Shown: piece after piece, positions 55,666 to 64,000 of the stretch
How the letters are laid out: each line of letters opens with the position of its first letter
How positions within the stretch are numbered: the first letter of the stretch is position 1
Assembly (NCBI GenBank): GCA_964458565.1
Contig: CAYWJO010000015.1
Location: forward strand, 1 to 64,000
Reading direction: 5' to 3'
DNA from: an uncultured archaeon
GTDB lineage: Archaea; Asgardarchaeota; Thorarchaeia; Thorarchaeales; Thorarchaeaceae
Length of the DNA: 64,000 nucleotides
The notes under the pieces: generated by a model
Told to the model about the DNA's origin: nothing
What the model saw: the letters and a program-made list of their open reading frames with translations, nothing else
The model's database searches: none
Made by a program: the position numbers and the translations under genes

Positions 55666-56229
55666 TTGGTAGAAATTCCGGACATAGTGATAAGAACAAG
55701 AAACCTCCTTACTCTTCGTGGGTTTCAAGTAAATGACCTTTTTGAATTTGAGAATAGATATGAGATGTATCCGACCAAAACAACTAAGGAAGGTATGGTT
55801 GTAAAAACAATCTGTAGAATATTTAAAGAAAGTAAAGTTGTAGGGATATCAGTTATTAGAGATATCCATATGAAAATGGAAGAAGAAGAAGCACAAATGG
55901 GCATGATTGTTGGAGGAACTAGATTTACACCTGCGGCTAAAAAATTTGCCAGAAAGATTAGGGTCGAACTTGTTGAAGGGGGATATTCATCATATGATCT
56001 TTTTGGACACCAACTTGTACCAAGGCACATTGTCGCCGCAACAGAAGAGGTGGATCTTGTGCTTAAACATTATGGAATTGAATTGAGAAAACTTCCTCGC
56101 ATTCTACGTGATGACCCTGCTGTGAGAATTCTTGGAGCTAAAGCAGGCCAAGTGATTCGGATTCAGAGAGATAGCCCAACTGCAGGGACCATTTACTATT
56201 ATCGGTTAGTTGTAGACTCAAAAAGATAG
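55666..56229 (+). CDS. rpoH: RNA polymerase subunit Rpo5/RpoH, eukaryote-like two-domain Rpb5, copy 2
   Basis: Same architecture as copy 1 (LRGF.V, KVVGI, FTPAAK, HQLVPRH, LPRILRDDP, RDSPTAG); about 59% identical by manual count. Confidence 0.92.
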   Translation: MVEIPDIVIRTRNLLTLRGFQVNDLFEFENRYEMYPTKTTKEGMVVKTICRIFKESKVVGISVIRDIHMKMEEEEAQMGMIVGGTRFTPAAKKFARKIRVELVEGGYSSYDLFGHQLVPRHIVAATEEVDLVLKHYGIELRKLPRILRDDPAVRILGAKAGQVIRIQRDSPTAGTIYYYRLVVDSKR

Positions 56230-56234
56230 TAATC

Positions 56235-57035
56235 CTATATAGATACAAGACCAAGTAAGACTCCTAGGTAGATCATCAATACTGTAGTCAGAATTGGAAC
56301 TGTTGTATTATCAGTGCCCTTTGGACTAACTAACTCAATTAACATCGCACTAAATCCACCAAAAACTGAGATTATGATCATTTCAAAAATCAAAATTGAT
56401 GAACCTACTAGGAATATTCCATAATGAAATACTCCAAAGAACCACAAAGCAAGAAATGCACCAAGAATGCCAAATATTAGAAGTGCAAGACAGCCTTGGA
56501 TGCTACGTTTTGAGCCAAAGATTGTGTAGGTATGATTCGCACCAAATTTCATACCAATCGGGGCGGACATTCCATCACCAAACATCATGATATGAATACC
56601 AGCAGCAGCAAAACAATAGAGTTGTTCATTCCCAGTTATTGTGAATACTGCTGTTATTAGCGTGATTGAAACTGCATACCAAAAGGGACCTCTCACACTA
56701 CCATGGTCAAGATCTTCAGGTCTGGCCATTGCTTGGAAGAATTTACTAAATCGCTCTTGATTGGCCAAAGCGAGCATTATAACAAAAAGCAAGGCTACAA
56801 TGGTTCCAACCCATGCATGAGTGTAGTAAGGCAGGCTCCAAATTGCACCGCCTGCAAAGAGGTGAACAATACGTCTTGTAAACTCAGATCCTAAATTGAA
56901 TCTGCGTCGAGATAAATCTGCTATGACTAGTATAGTCAGTGCGTATAATACGGCTAATGTAAATACTATGAAATCGTTTAGATCAATGGCAAAATCAGTG
57001 ATATTAAAGACGATATCGATTTGCACCTTATTCAC
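56235..57035 (-). CDS. Polyprenol/dolichol/phytol kinase (SEC59/VTE5/DGK1 family)
   Basis: TRRIVHL, FGDGMSA.IG..FG, KRSIQG, E...PKGTDN..VP. Confidence 0.9.
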   Translation of the reverse strand: MNKVQIDIVFNITDFAIDLNDFIVFTLAVLYALTILVIADLSRRRFNLGSEFTRRIVHLFAGGAIWSLPYYTHAWVGTIVALLFVIMLALANQERFSKFFQAMARPEDLDHGSVRGPFWYAVSITLITAVFTITGNEQLYCFAAAGIHIMMFGDGMSAPIGMKFGANHTYTIFGSKRSIQGCLALLIFGILGAFLALWFFGVFHYGIFLVGSSILIFEMIIISVFGGFSAMLIELVSPKGTDNTTVPILTTVLMIYLGVLLGLVSI

Positions 57036-57088
57036 TCCTTACAGCAAATCCAACGAATAAAGTCGAACATATCTATCTATCGGCTTTA

Positions 57089-57925
57089 TTATTCACTAGT
57101 GGAGACTTGAGACTTCAAACCACTTTCTTGTTCTAAATCTGATACCGTCTTCTTCAGCAAAGCATCAAGTTTCTTCTTTTTTTCACCACGTACTGAAATC
57201 CAGACTCTCAATACAGGAGATGTGCCATATGGTTTTGGCATAGATTTAATGTACACACCAGGATTAGCATCCATTATTTTTGATATATATGGAGCCATCA
57301 CAGTTTCATCTCTTAGAGGAAAATCAACAACAATCTCACGATAGACAATACTTGTAGCGTCCATAAGCCACGGAAGAACTGATTGCTCAAATATACTCTT
57401 CAGCTCCTTTGGAACTCCAGGTAAGCAGAAGACTGTAAGACTGTCAGTTGAAAGCCGAACACCAGGTGCCCCTCCTACGGTGTTATCTAATGGAATGGCC
57501 CCTTTTGGTAAAATTCCCATCTTTAATCTGCTTTCTGTCATGTCAGGACTATCAACAATGCCCAGCTTCCATAGCATCTTGTATTGACGCTTGATGATTT
57601 CAATAGCTTCAGGATGTTCTTCAAGTTCTAGATCAAAATGCAGAGCAACAGCTTTTAGTGTCATATCATCAAATGTTGGACCTAAACCTCCAGAGCTAAC
57701 AATGATATCACATGTCTGTCTTAGAAAATCAATTCCATAGCCAATTTCATCCAATGTATCACGAACAGTCGCATGTCTTACAATATGAAGTCCTAGTTTA
57801 GAAATCTGTTTATCCAGCCAGTTTGCATTAGTATCCAAAACCAATCCGTCAAGAACCTCATTCCCAATAGTGAGAATGCCTACTCGAACCAGATCATCTG
57901 ATGAGATTGAGATCATTGATATCAA
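57089..57925 (-). CDS. cinA: CinA-like molybdopterin-binding domain protein
   Basis: IGNEVLDG.VLDTNA, SGGLGPTFDDMT, N.VGGAPG, LPGVPKE. Confidence 0.88.
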   Translation of the reverse strand: MISMISISSDDLVRVGILTIGNEVLDGLVLDTNANWLDKQISKLGLHIVRHATVRDTLDEIGYGIDFLRQTCDIIVSSGGLGPTFDDMTLKAVALHFDLELEEHPEAIEIIKRQYKMLWKLGIVDSPDMTESRLKMGILPKGAIPLDNTVGGAPGVRLSTDSLTVFCLPGVPKELKSIFEQSVLPWLMDATSIVYREIVVDFPLRDETVMAPYISKIMDANPGVYIKSMPKPYGTSPVLRVWISVRGEKKKKLDALLKKTVSDLEQESGLKSQVSTSE

Positions 57926-58584
57926 ACCCCTAGGTTAAGTTCGCTTTCTAATATTTGAATAATTATTTCATAGCTGCGAATCCGGTCACTTGCCATGCCT
58001 TTAGCTATATCAGTGTTCATACTTGCTGCAGTCGGTCTTAGTATTAGCAGCGTCTTTTGTATCCTTTTGAGTATACATTCCATGTCACTATTCGGTTCGT
58101 ACCTTAGACCATTAAATAAATCAAACAGCATACCTACGAATCCAAGTTTCACAAGCTTGTCAGCTTCCCAGACAATCTGCGCCTCAATGGGTGATAGGGG
58201 TTCATCAAGAGTCATACCCACATGCTTCTCGATTGCATCACATACCCTCTCAACTATCTCAGAATCAATTCCCTCTTTCAAAAGGAATCCACGAGCGATG
58301 TTAGCACTATCTTTTCCATGAACACCCCCACCACCAGTGGTACTGGATTTAGAAACATCATGAAACCAAGCAGCCATTACAACAACATCATAATCAGCAC
58401 CAGTCGCCCGTGCCAGATGCTTGGCCACTCTAACAACCTCTACAACATGGGTCCCCCTATAATTGAAGAAGGGTTCATCAAGCCTGTTAAGGAAGTCTGT
58501 CCATTCTTCTAACGCTGTGGCAGAACTCTCTCTTAATACGCGTTCACGCATCTTATCTTCTAAACCAACAATCATCTGAATCAA
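57922..58584 (-). CDS. HD domain phosphohydrolase
   Basis: H...V, AAWFHDV.K, HG..SA, AIEKH, EADKL. Confidence 0.9.
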   Translation of the reverse strand: MIQMIVGLEDKMRERVLRESSATALEEWTDFLNRLDEPFFNYRGTHVVEVVRVAKHLARATGADYDVVVMAAWFHDVSKSSTTGGGGVHGKDSANIARGFLLKEGIDSEIVERVCDAIEKHVGMTLDEPLSPIEAQIVWEADKLVKLGFVGMLFDLFNGLRYEPNSDMECILKRIQKTLLILRPTAASMNTDIAKGMASDRIRSYEIIIQILESELNLGV

Positions 58585-58617
58585 TCAAGTGCTGAGAAAT
58601 CATCTTAATGAATTGTA

Positions 58618-59376
58618 TCACTTGACCACAATTCGTCTGTAGAGCCTAAGTGTGTTCTCAAGAATAATCTCACAAATCTCATCATCTGTACGGTGGAGTA
58701 TTGAAGCAATCTCCTTGGTAGCTGTGTAGATATTTGATGGTTCGTTTCTTACACCCGCTTCAGGACCCAAGACAGGGCTGTCTGTTTCTACGAGAATGTG
58801 CTCAATATCAATTGCCTTGACTAATTTTTTCTTCTGAGGTGAGCGTACTACTGAGGTAGGTATTGAAAAATAATAACCGAGGTCTCTTGAAGCAACACGC
58901 GCTAGATTTGCTTTGCCATCGAATGCATGCATATGAACATCACAAATACCACAATCTTCTAGAACATGAAGAGCCTTTTTTCCAGCAGACCTCGAATGGA
59001 CTTGGACCGGGAGATTCATCTCCATTGCGAATCTAATTGCTTTACGAAACATTTCATCTTGGGTTTCACGCAATGCATGATCACGTTCCCGAAAGTGATC
59101 AAGACCAACTTCTCCAATTGCCACAAGATAACCACTCCATTTTTTCCACTCATCAAGAATGAAATCCAAGTGGTCATAAAAGATGGGATCAACACCGAGA
59201 GACACATCAACATTATCATATTGGATGCTAATCTCGACTGCTCTTTGCCAATCTGATTTAGATATTGCAGATGTGATGATGTGGATTCCTGCTTCCGCGG
59301 CACGTTTAATGACATCAGGAAGGTCAGGTTCAAATTCAGATTGCTCTAAATGACAATGTGTATCAATAATCCTCAT
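58618..59376 (-). CDS. tatD: TatD family deoxyribonuclease
   Basis: IDTHCHL, AIGEVGLD, VHSRSA, MHAF, VETDSP, RNEP. Confidence 0.93.
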   Translation of the reverse strand: MRIIDTHCHLEQSEFEPDLPDVIKRAAEAGIHIITSAISKSDWQRAVEISIQYDNVDVSLGVDPIFYDHLDFILDEWKKWSGYLVAIGEVGLDHFRERDHALRETQDEMFRKAIRFAMEMNLPVQVHSRSAGKKALHVLEDCGICDVHMHAFDGKANLARVASRDLGYYFSIPTSVVRSPQKKKLVKAIDIEHILVETDSPVLGPEAGVRNEPSNIYTATKEIASILHRTDDEICEIILENTLRLYRRIVVK

Positions 59377-59378
59377 TT

Positions 59379-60416
59379 CTAGTCATCCGGCTCAGAGATA
59401 TCATCTAATGGTTCAGTAATTCCTGATTCCTGATCAGGAGGAGGCTCATCCTCTGTGACTACTTTCCCAAGGTCCTGAAATCCCTCGCCTACTTTGGTTG
59501 CATAAGGAAGACCAAATAAATCACCGACCAGAGCAACGGCTCTGTCAATGAGAGCGAAAGCAACACCCAATTCTGTGCCACGTCCTAACACAAAGAACAC
59601 CAATGCAAATCCACCTTCTACTATACCAAGACCTGCAAGTGAAACTGGTATGAAGGATACAGCTGTTAATGCAGGGAATAGGAATAGATACCATTCTAGT
59701 GGAATATCGATACCGAGAGCGTATCCAACTGTAATCCATCGTGCAGCTGTAAGTAACCATCCAATGATTGTAATCAGAAATGCAACCAGTGCTTTCTTTG
59801 GAGAATAGCCTGCTGAATCAGCGTATTTAGAATATTTAGCGTACAGCCTATTGACAAATGGGATTCTCTCAATGACAGGCATTAGAAACTTTGGAATCTT
59901 ATTGTATGCAAGAACAGCAAATCCGACGGCTAATGCAATAACCAATCCTAAAGAGAGAAGACCATAAATGAACATATTTTGAGTAACACCCAGAGCTATG
60001 AAGATTGTCATCATTGCCATGACAAGCAAAGCGGCACGTAACATGAAGTCAAAGATTTGACCGAAGAACATGACATTGAGGGTTTGACCCTTCCCTAATT
60101 CAGGACTGCTTTTATTGATTATGAGTGGTGTTACAAAATAACCAGCACGTCCAGGAGTCATATCAGCGAGAATCATTCCTCCAAGATTCGCTTTGAATAT
60201 TGGAACAAAAAGATCTAAACGATCTAGGAGATAAGCAATTCTTAGAGCGGTCGCTGATGTTGCTATGATGTGAATCACTACAGCAAGAATCAAGAATTCT
60301 ATTGCAGCTCCAGAGATAACAGTCCATAGTTCCTCAGGTCTCGCATACCAAATCACGAGAGCAAGAAGGGCTATTCCAATAATCAATCGTAGTATGGTTC
60401 CTCGTGTTATTCGCAA
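59379..60416 (-). CDS. Lysylphosphatidylglycerol synthase TM / flippase-like membrane protein (UPF0104)
   Basis: TPGRAG, FDF, P.SLAGLGIVEG, A.IDR. Confidence 0.85.
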   Translation of the reverse strand: MRITRGTILRLIIGIALLALVIWYARPEELWTVISGAAIEFLILAVVIHIIATSATALRIAYLLDRLDLFVPIFKANLGGMILADMTPGRAGYFVTPLIINKSSPELGKGQTLNVMFFGQIFDFMLRAALLVMAMMTIFIALGVTQNMFIYGLLSLGLVIALAVGFAVLAYNKIPKFLMPVIERIPFVNRLYAKYSKYADSAGYSPKKALVAFLITIIGWLLTAARWITVGYALGIDIPLEWYLFLFPALTAVSFIPVSLAGLGIVEGGFALVFFVLGRGTELGVAFALIDRAVALVGDLFGLPYATKVGEGFQDLGKVVTEDEPPPDQESGITEPLDDISEPDD

Positions 60417-60427
60417 TTTTATTTCTC

Positions 60428-61132
60428 CTAGACTCTAATTGAAGTTGTTTTTAGAAGTTGTTTAAGATGCTTTGTAAGTTCCCTGAAGAATATCGCTTTA
60501 GATTCCCCGACTTGTCTCTGCCCTAAAATTGCAGGAACTTCCACAATGTTATATCCTTTCTTTGCCAGTTTCACGGCAATTTCAGCAACACCATCGAAAC
60601 CGTCTTGAGTGATCTCTATACTCTGAATAGCATCTTTTCGTATTGCTCTAAACATCCCAGTCCAACAAGATAGTCGTTTCATCATAAAGACTGAATAAAG
60701 CATACTAATTCCTTTGCTTGGAATTATTCTCAATTGACTGACTCCTTCAACGTATCCTCCCTTCATATAGGGAGAACCAAAGACTGCATGGACATCAGGT
60801 TTTATTGCATTGACTAAGTTCAAAATCTGATCAGGGGAGTAACTGAGGTCAGAATCAATACTAATAATCCACGGATTTTCAGCATGTTTGTAACCTGTTC
60901 GTAATGCTGCTCCAAGACCCATGTTTTTCACATGATGAATGACTCTTATATCATCTCGCCGCTGTGCTAGATTGTCAGCAACTGCCTGAGTATCATCACT
61001 GGAGCCATCATTAACTAGGATTATTTGATACTCAATACCATCAGCTTTTAGTTGCGGGATTAATTGATTTTCAATTCGAGGTAGATTGCCAGCTTCATTG
61101 TATGCCGGTATTAGAATATCAAATATCATCAT
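60428..61132 (-). CDS. Glycosyltransferase family 2 (DPM1-like polyprenol-phosphate glycosyltransferase)
   Basis: IPAYNEA, VNDGSSDDT, NMGLGAALRTG, IDSDLSY, R..GESK. Confidence 0.92.
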   Translation of the reverse strand: MMIFDILIPAYNEAGNLPRIENQLIPQLKADGIEYQIILVNDGSSDDTQAVADNLAQRRDDIRVIHHVKNMGLGAALRTGYKHAENPWIISIDSDLSYSPDQILNLVNAIKPDVHAVFGSPYMKGGYVEGVSQLRIIPSKGISMLYSVFMMKRLSCWTGMFRAIRKDAIQSIEITQDGFDGVAEIAVKLAKKGYNIVEVPAILGQRQVGESKAIFFRELTKHLKQLLKTTSIRV

Positions 61133-62376
61133 TATCTACCTTGTTCTGACGTGAGTGGTCTGAACCCTTTCACTAGAAAACGCTTTCCCTCATTCTGTGT
61201 TAAATGCCCGGCTTCATCAAATGATGCAATTAAGGTGTCGGTCTTTTCAGTTGACAACCTAAACTCAGGATAACCAGATAGTCTTAACCTTGAGGGAGTG
61301 TAGTACAATTCGCCATCATTATGCTTCCGAACAATTAGGTCAACAATACGCTTCCCGGCATCACCAAGATAGAGTTCATGTTGTTCAGGTTTCTTGGTAA
61401 CAGCAGTCTTTGCAGCGCTATGAATCTCAGAAGCGTTAGCTGCTGCAAGAGTATTCATACCAACCCAAATGGTTTCAGGCCATTCGGTATTCTCTCGAAT
61501 TGTTATTGTGGGTTTTCCGAGTAAGACAGCTTCTTCCTGAACTCCACCACTATCAGTTACAACCAAATTGGAGTGCTTGAGAAGATTCATGAAGCTGATA
61601 TAACCAACTGGCTCAATCAATACTAGATTCTCATTAGTTATCAGATGGTTGAGTCCAAATTGAGCAATCATCTTTTTTGTCCGGGGATGTATTGGGAAGA
61701 TGCAGATCATATCTAGATCTGATAGACCTTTCAGAATCTCTGAGAGTCGTTCCTTGTCATCTGCATTACCTGCTCTATGGATTGTTGCAACGGCATATGG
61801 TTGATTGTATTTGGGAGGATAGTTTTCGGATAGTCTAACACCCTCTTCCAGAGCATCAAGAGCTGTGTTGCCTGCGTGATACGTTCGATTTGGGTCACAA
61901 CCCTCCATCATTAGATTATGATATGCCGTTTCACTTGGGGCAAACAGCATATTTGCAATTGCATCTATAACAATACGATTGAGTTCTTCAGGCATTGTAC
62001 GATCAAAAGATCTACAACCAGCTTCAATATGACCAACAGGAATCTTCATTTGTGCAGCAGCGAGAGCAGCACCAGTACAACTGTTTGTATCGCCTTGGAC
62101 TAATAAGATATCAATAGCCTCTGTTTCCAGAACCTTTGCTACACCTTCCATGATTTTGGTAGACTGCAATACAGGAGTGGCGGAACCTACACTCAAATAA
62201 TAGTCGGGTTCTCTTATTGACAGATCCTCAAAGAAGGCTTGCGACATTTCATAATCATAATGTTGACCAGTGTGGATAAGAATGGATTCGACATCTTCAC
62301 GCGCTTCACATTCCTTTAGCACCGACCACGTTTTGATGAATTCAGGTCTAGTACCAACAACAACTGCAATTCTCAT
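61132..62376 (-). CDS. wecB: UDP-N-acetylglucosamine 2-epimerase (non-hydrolysing)
   Basis: GTRPEFIK, HTGQHYD, VQGDTNS, HIEAG.RS, MPEE.NR, TDSGGVQEEA, RENTEWPE. Confidence 0.96.
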   Translation of the reverse strand: MRIAVVVGTRPEFIKTWSVLKECEAREDVESILIHTGQHYDYEMSQAFFEDLSIREPDYYLSVGSATPVLQSTKIMEGVAKVLETEAIDILLVQGDTNSCTGAALAAAQMKIPVGHIEAGCRSFDRTMPEELNRIVIDAIANMLFAPSETAYHNLMMEGCDPNRTYHAGNTALDALEEGVRLSENYPPKYNQPYAVATIHRAGNADDKERLSEILKGLSDLDMICIFPIHPRTKKMIAQFGLNHLITNENLVLIEPVGYISFMNLLKHSNLVVTDSGGVQEEAVLLGKPTITIRENTEWPETIWVGMNTLAAANASEIHSAAKTAVTKKPEQHELYLGDAGKRIVDLIVRKHNDGELYYTPSRLRLSGYPEFRLSTEKTDTLIASFDEAGHLTQNEGKRFLVKGFRPLTSEQGR

Positions 62377-62489
62377 CAGCCAAATTCCTTCCTGCTTACT
62401 ATTCTCGATATAATTGCCTTAAAAGTGATGGAGGTAGGAGGGAAAGATAAAAAGGGCTTTTGTTTGGAACAGACAGGAGGTTGAGAGGA

Positions 62490-64000
62490 ATGAGTCAATT
62501 AGCGGACCATTTGAAGAGTACCCCTAGAAATACGCTTGTCATCCAGATTGTTCTCTTATTGATTGGTGTTTTAGCAAGTGTAGCACTTGTTATTTTTGGC
62601 TTTCTTCAAGAGAGTGTCTTTGAGGTGTTTGAATCTCCACTTACAGGAATTCTATTTCAGTTCTATTCATTCGTGATAATAGAGCTTAATCCAATCATGA
62701 TCCTCCTTATCGGTTCAATGGGATTTATCGGATTCTATGTAATTCCAGGGATGATAGTAACATACAGATTCTTAGATAATTTGGATTTTCTGTCACGAAT
62801 CCTCTTCGGTACTGGTTTCTCTGTGTTTGCAATGTTTTTCCCAATATTCTACTTACTCTTGCTAGGAATAGCACCAAACTGGATTCTACTATCGATTCCA
62901 TTGATTCTTTCAATAATTAGCTTCGCAACAAAACCTGAAATTATGCGGAGATTTGCTGGAGATGCTCTTGCTGCCTTTAATTGGTTAAAGAACGATGTAA
63001 AAGATAGGAAACAGTCATGGTTCTGGATTATCATTGGATTCGTGATTTTGACTAGAATCAGCTTCTTCAGCCTTACAGACAGCTACTGGACAGACTCAGT
63101 GACATACGTCCTATATGGGAATGCGATTGCAGATGGCAGTCTGCTTACAGGATTAGAATATACAAATCCCATTGGATTTCCTGTTGTAGTATTTCCTTTT
63201 ACATGGCTTGCTGGAAATGTCGAGTGGGGATTAGCTCTTGGTAATTGGTGCTTGACTTTTGTAATGCTTCTAGGTGCAATACCTCTGTTGAGAAGATTAC
63301 ACAATGCATGGCCAACAGAGAAAAAGCCGCCCTTTCGATTGATGATTCTCGCTTTTGTAACATTTCCATGGACAACAGCTTTAATGACTACGATATTCCA
63401 TGAAGCCACACTGATGTTTTTCACGATTCTTGGAACAGCAGCCATTGGAATGAAGATGAAGCATGGTGAGGTTTGGTTAGGTCTCTCTGTCGGAATAGCC
63501 TTTCTGATCCGTCCAACCCATGCTCTAATGTACTTCATATTCATGCTTGTCCCATTATACTATCAATTAAAGGAGAGGAATATTCAACAATTCTTCGTTA
63601 CTGGTTTCAAATCATTCTCCGTAGCTTTACCAGTTATACCATTTCTCATTCGTAATCTTGCTGTTGAAGGCACACTTCTTTCGACGTACGACCTTGGTTT
63701 CTTCAGCCTAGGTAATATTATTGATGTGTCATTTTGGTTTGCTAGTTTCATAACACATTCGGATGTAGGACTTTTCTCACTACTCTTTGTGCTACAACTA
63801 GTCATACTTTTTGTGCTGTTCTTGATGAAATTACGCAAACTGAACTACGAGCTAGTTGCATGGGCTATTTTTTCAGTAGTCAGTTTTGTGATTTTTGCGT
63901 TATATCCAACAGATCAACCACGTTTGTTCTCATTCTTTTTATGGCTCGTGCCAGTATTCCTGCTTTACGAATGTTGGGACCGTAATTGGGAGCTAACTGC
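62490..64000 (+). CDS. GT-C superfamily (ArnT/PMT-like) polytopic membrane glycosyltransferase, truncated by the window end
   Basis: Frame starting MSQLADHLK with an AGGAGG SD. Many TM helices and YWTDSVTY, NPIGFP, FHE and FLIRP motifs. Absent from the ORF track, consistent with no stop before the window end. Confidence 0.75.
   Translation, partial: MSQLADHLKSTPRNTLVIQIVLLLIGVLASVALVIFGFLQESVFEVFESPLTGILFQFYSFVIIELNPIMILLIGSMGFIGFYVIPGMIVTYRFLDNLDFLSRILFGTGFSVFAMFFPIFYLLLLGIAPNWILLSIPLILSIISFATKPEIMRRFAGDALAAFNWLKNDVKDRKQSWFWIIIGFVILTRISFFSLTDSYWTDSVTYVLYGNAIADGSLLTGLEYTNPIGFPVVVFPFTWLAGNVEWGLALGNWCLTFVMLLGAIPLLRRLHNAWPTEKKPPFRLMILAFVTFPWTTALMTTIFHEATLMFFTILGTAAIGMKMKHGEVWLGLSVGIAFLIRPTHALMYFIFMLVPLYYQLKERNIQQFFVTGFKSFSVALPVIPFLIRNLAVEGTLLSTYDLGFFSLGNIIDVSFWFASFITHSDVGLFSLLFVLQLVILFVLFLMKLRKLNYELVAWAIFSVVSFVIFALYPTDQPRLFSFFLWLVPVFLLYECWDRNWELT

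Noticed and set aside
62387-62442. 11-bp long-range inverted repeat in the wecB/GT-C divergent promoter
   Set aside because: Explained by purine-rich SD-like tracts of two divergent genes; relies on several G-U pairs.
1535-63838. Numerous 60-180 aa antisense or alternative-frame ORFs in the ORF track
   Set aside because: They lie within well-supported genes and show no recognisable motifs or translation signals.
1-64000. CRISPR arrays, IS elements, integrases, proviral genes
   Set aside because: No regularly spaced repeats and no transposase, integrase or capsid motifs were found.

Overview
A gene-dense chromosomal window from an archaeon. It is most likely an Asgard archaeon, Thorarchaeia-like; this is inferred from eukaryote-like two-domain Rpb5 proteins, a PRMT-like methyltransferase, Ig-repeat surface proteins and frequent TTG/GTG starts. 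No rRNA, tRNA, CRISPR array or mobile element was recognised. Main contents: (1) a nucleotide-excision-repair cluster, uvrB - two unrelated membrane genes - uvrA1 - uvrA2 - uvrC, with two full-length tandem uvrA paralogues and an in-frame TGA in uvrC; (2) housekeeping and metabolic genes (APC permease, ferredoxin, surface PLD, MazG-like, nitrilase, MTAP, aminotransferase, pirin, PRTase, Nudix, RecJ/DHH, MFS, SLC13); (3) a HerA-like ATPase; (4) an RNA/DNA metabolism region (ASH-Ski2 helicase, PIN-like protein, beta-CASP nuclease, EndoQ, Nre, TatD); (5) two tandem eukaryote-like Rpb5/RpoH genes, each with its own duplicated promoter; (6) a polyprenol kinase and a glycosylation cluster that runs off the window end. 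Items missing from the ORF track include a 41-aa acidic Trp-repeat peptide ending in DDDW, a 40-aa desulforedoxin, a GT-C membrane protein, a probable ATA start for uvrA2, and two candidate structured RNAs flanking uvrB.
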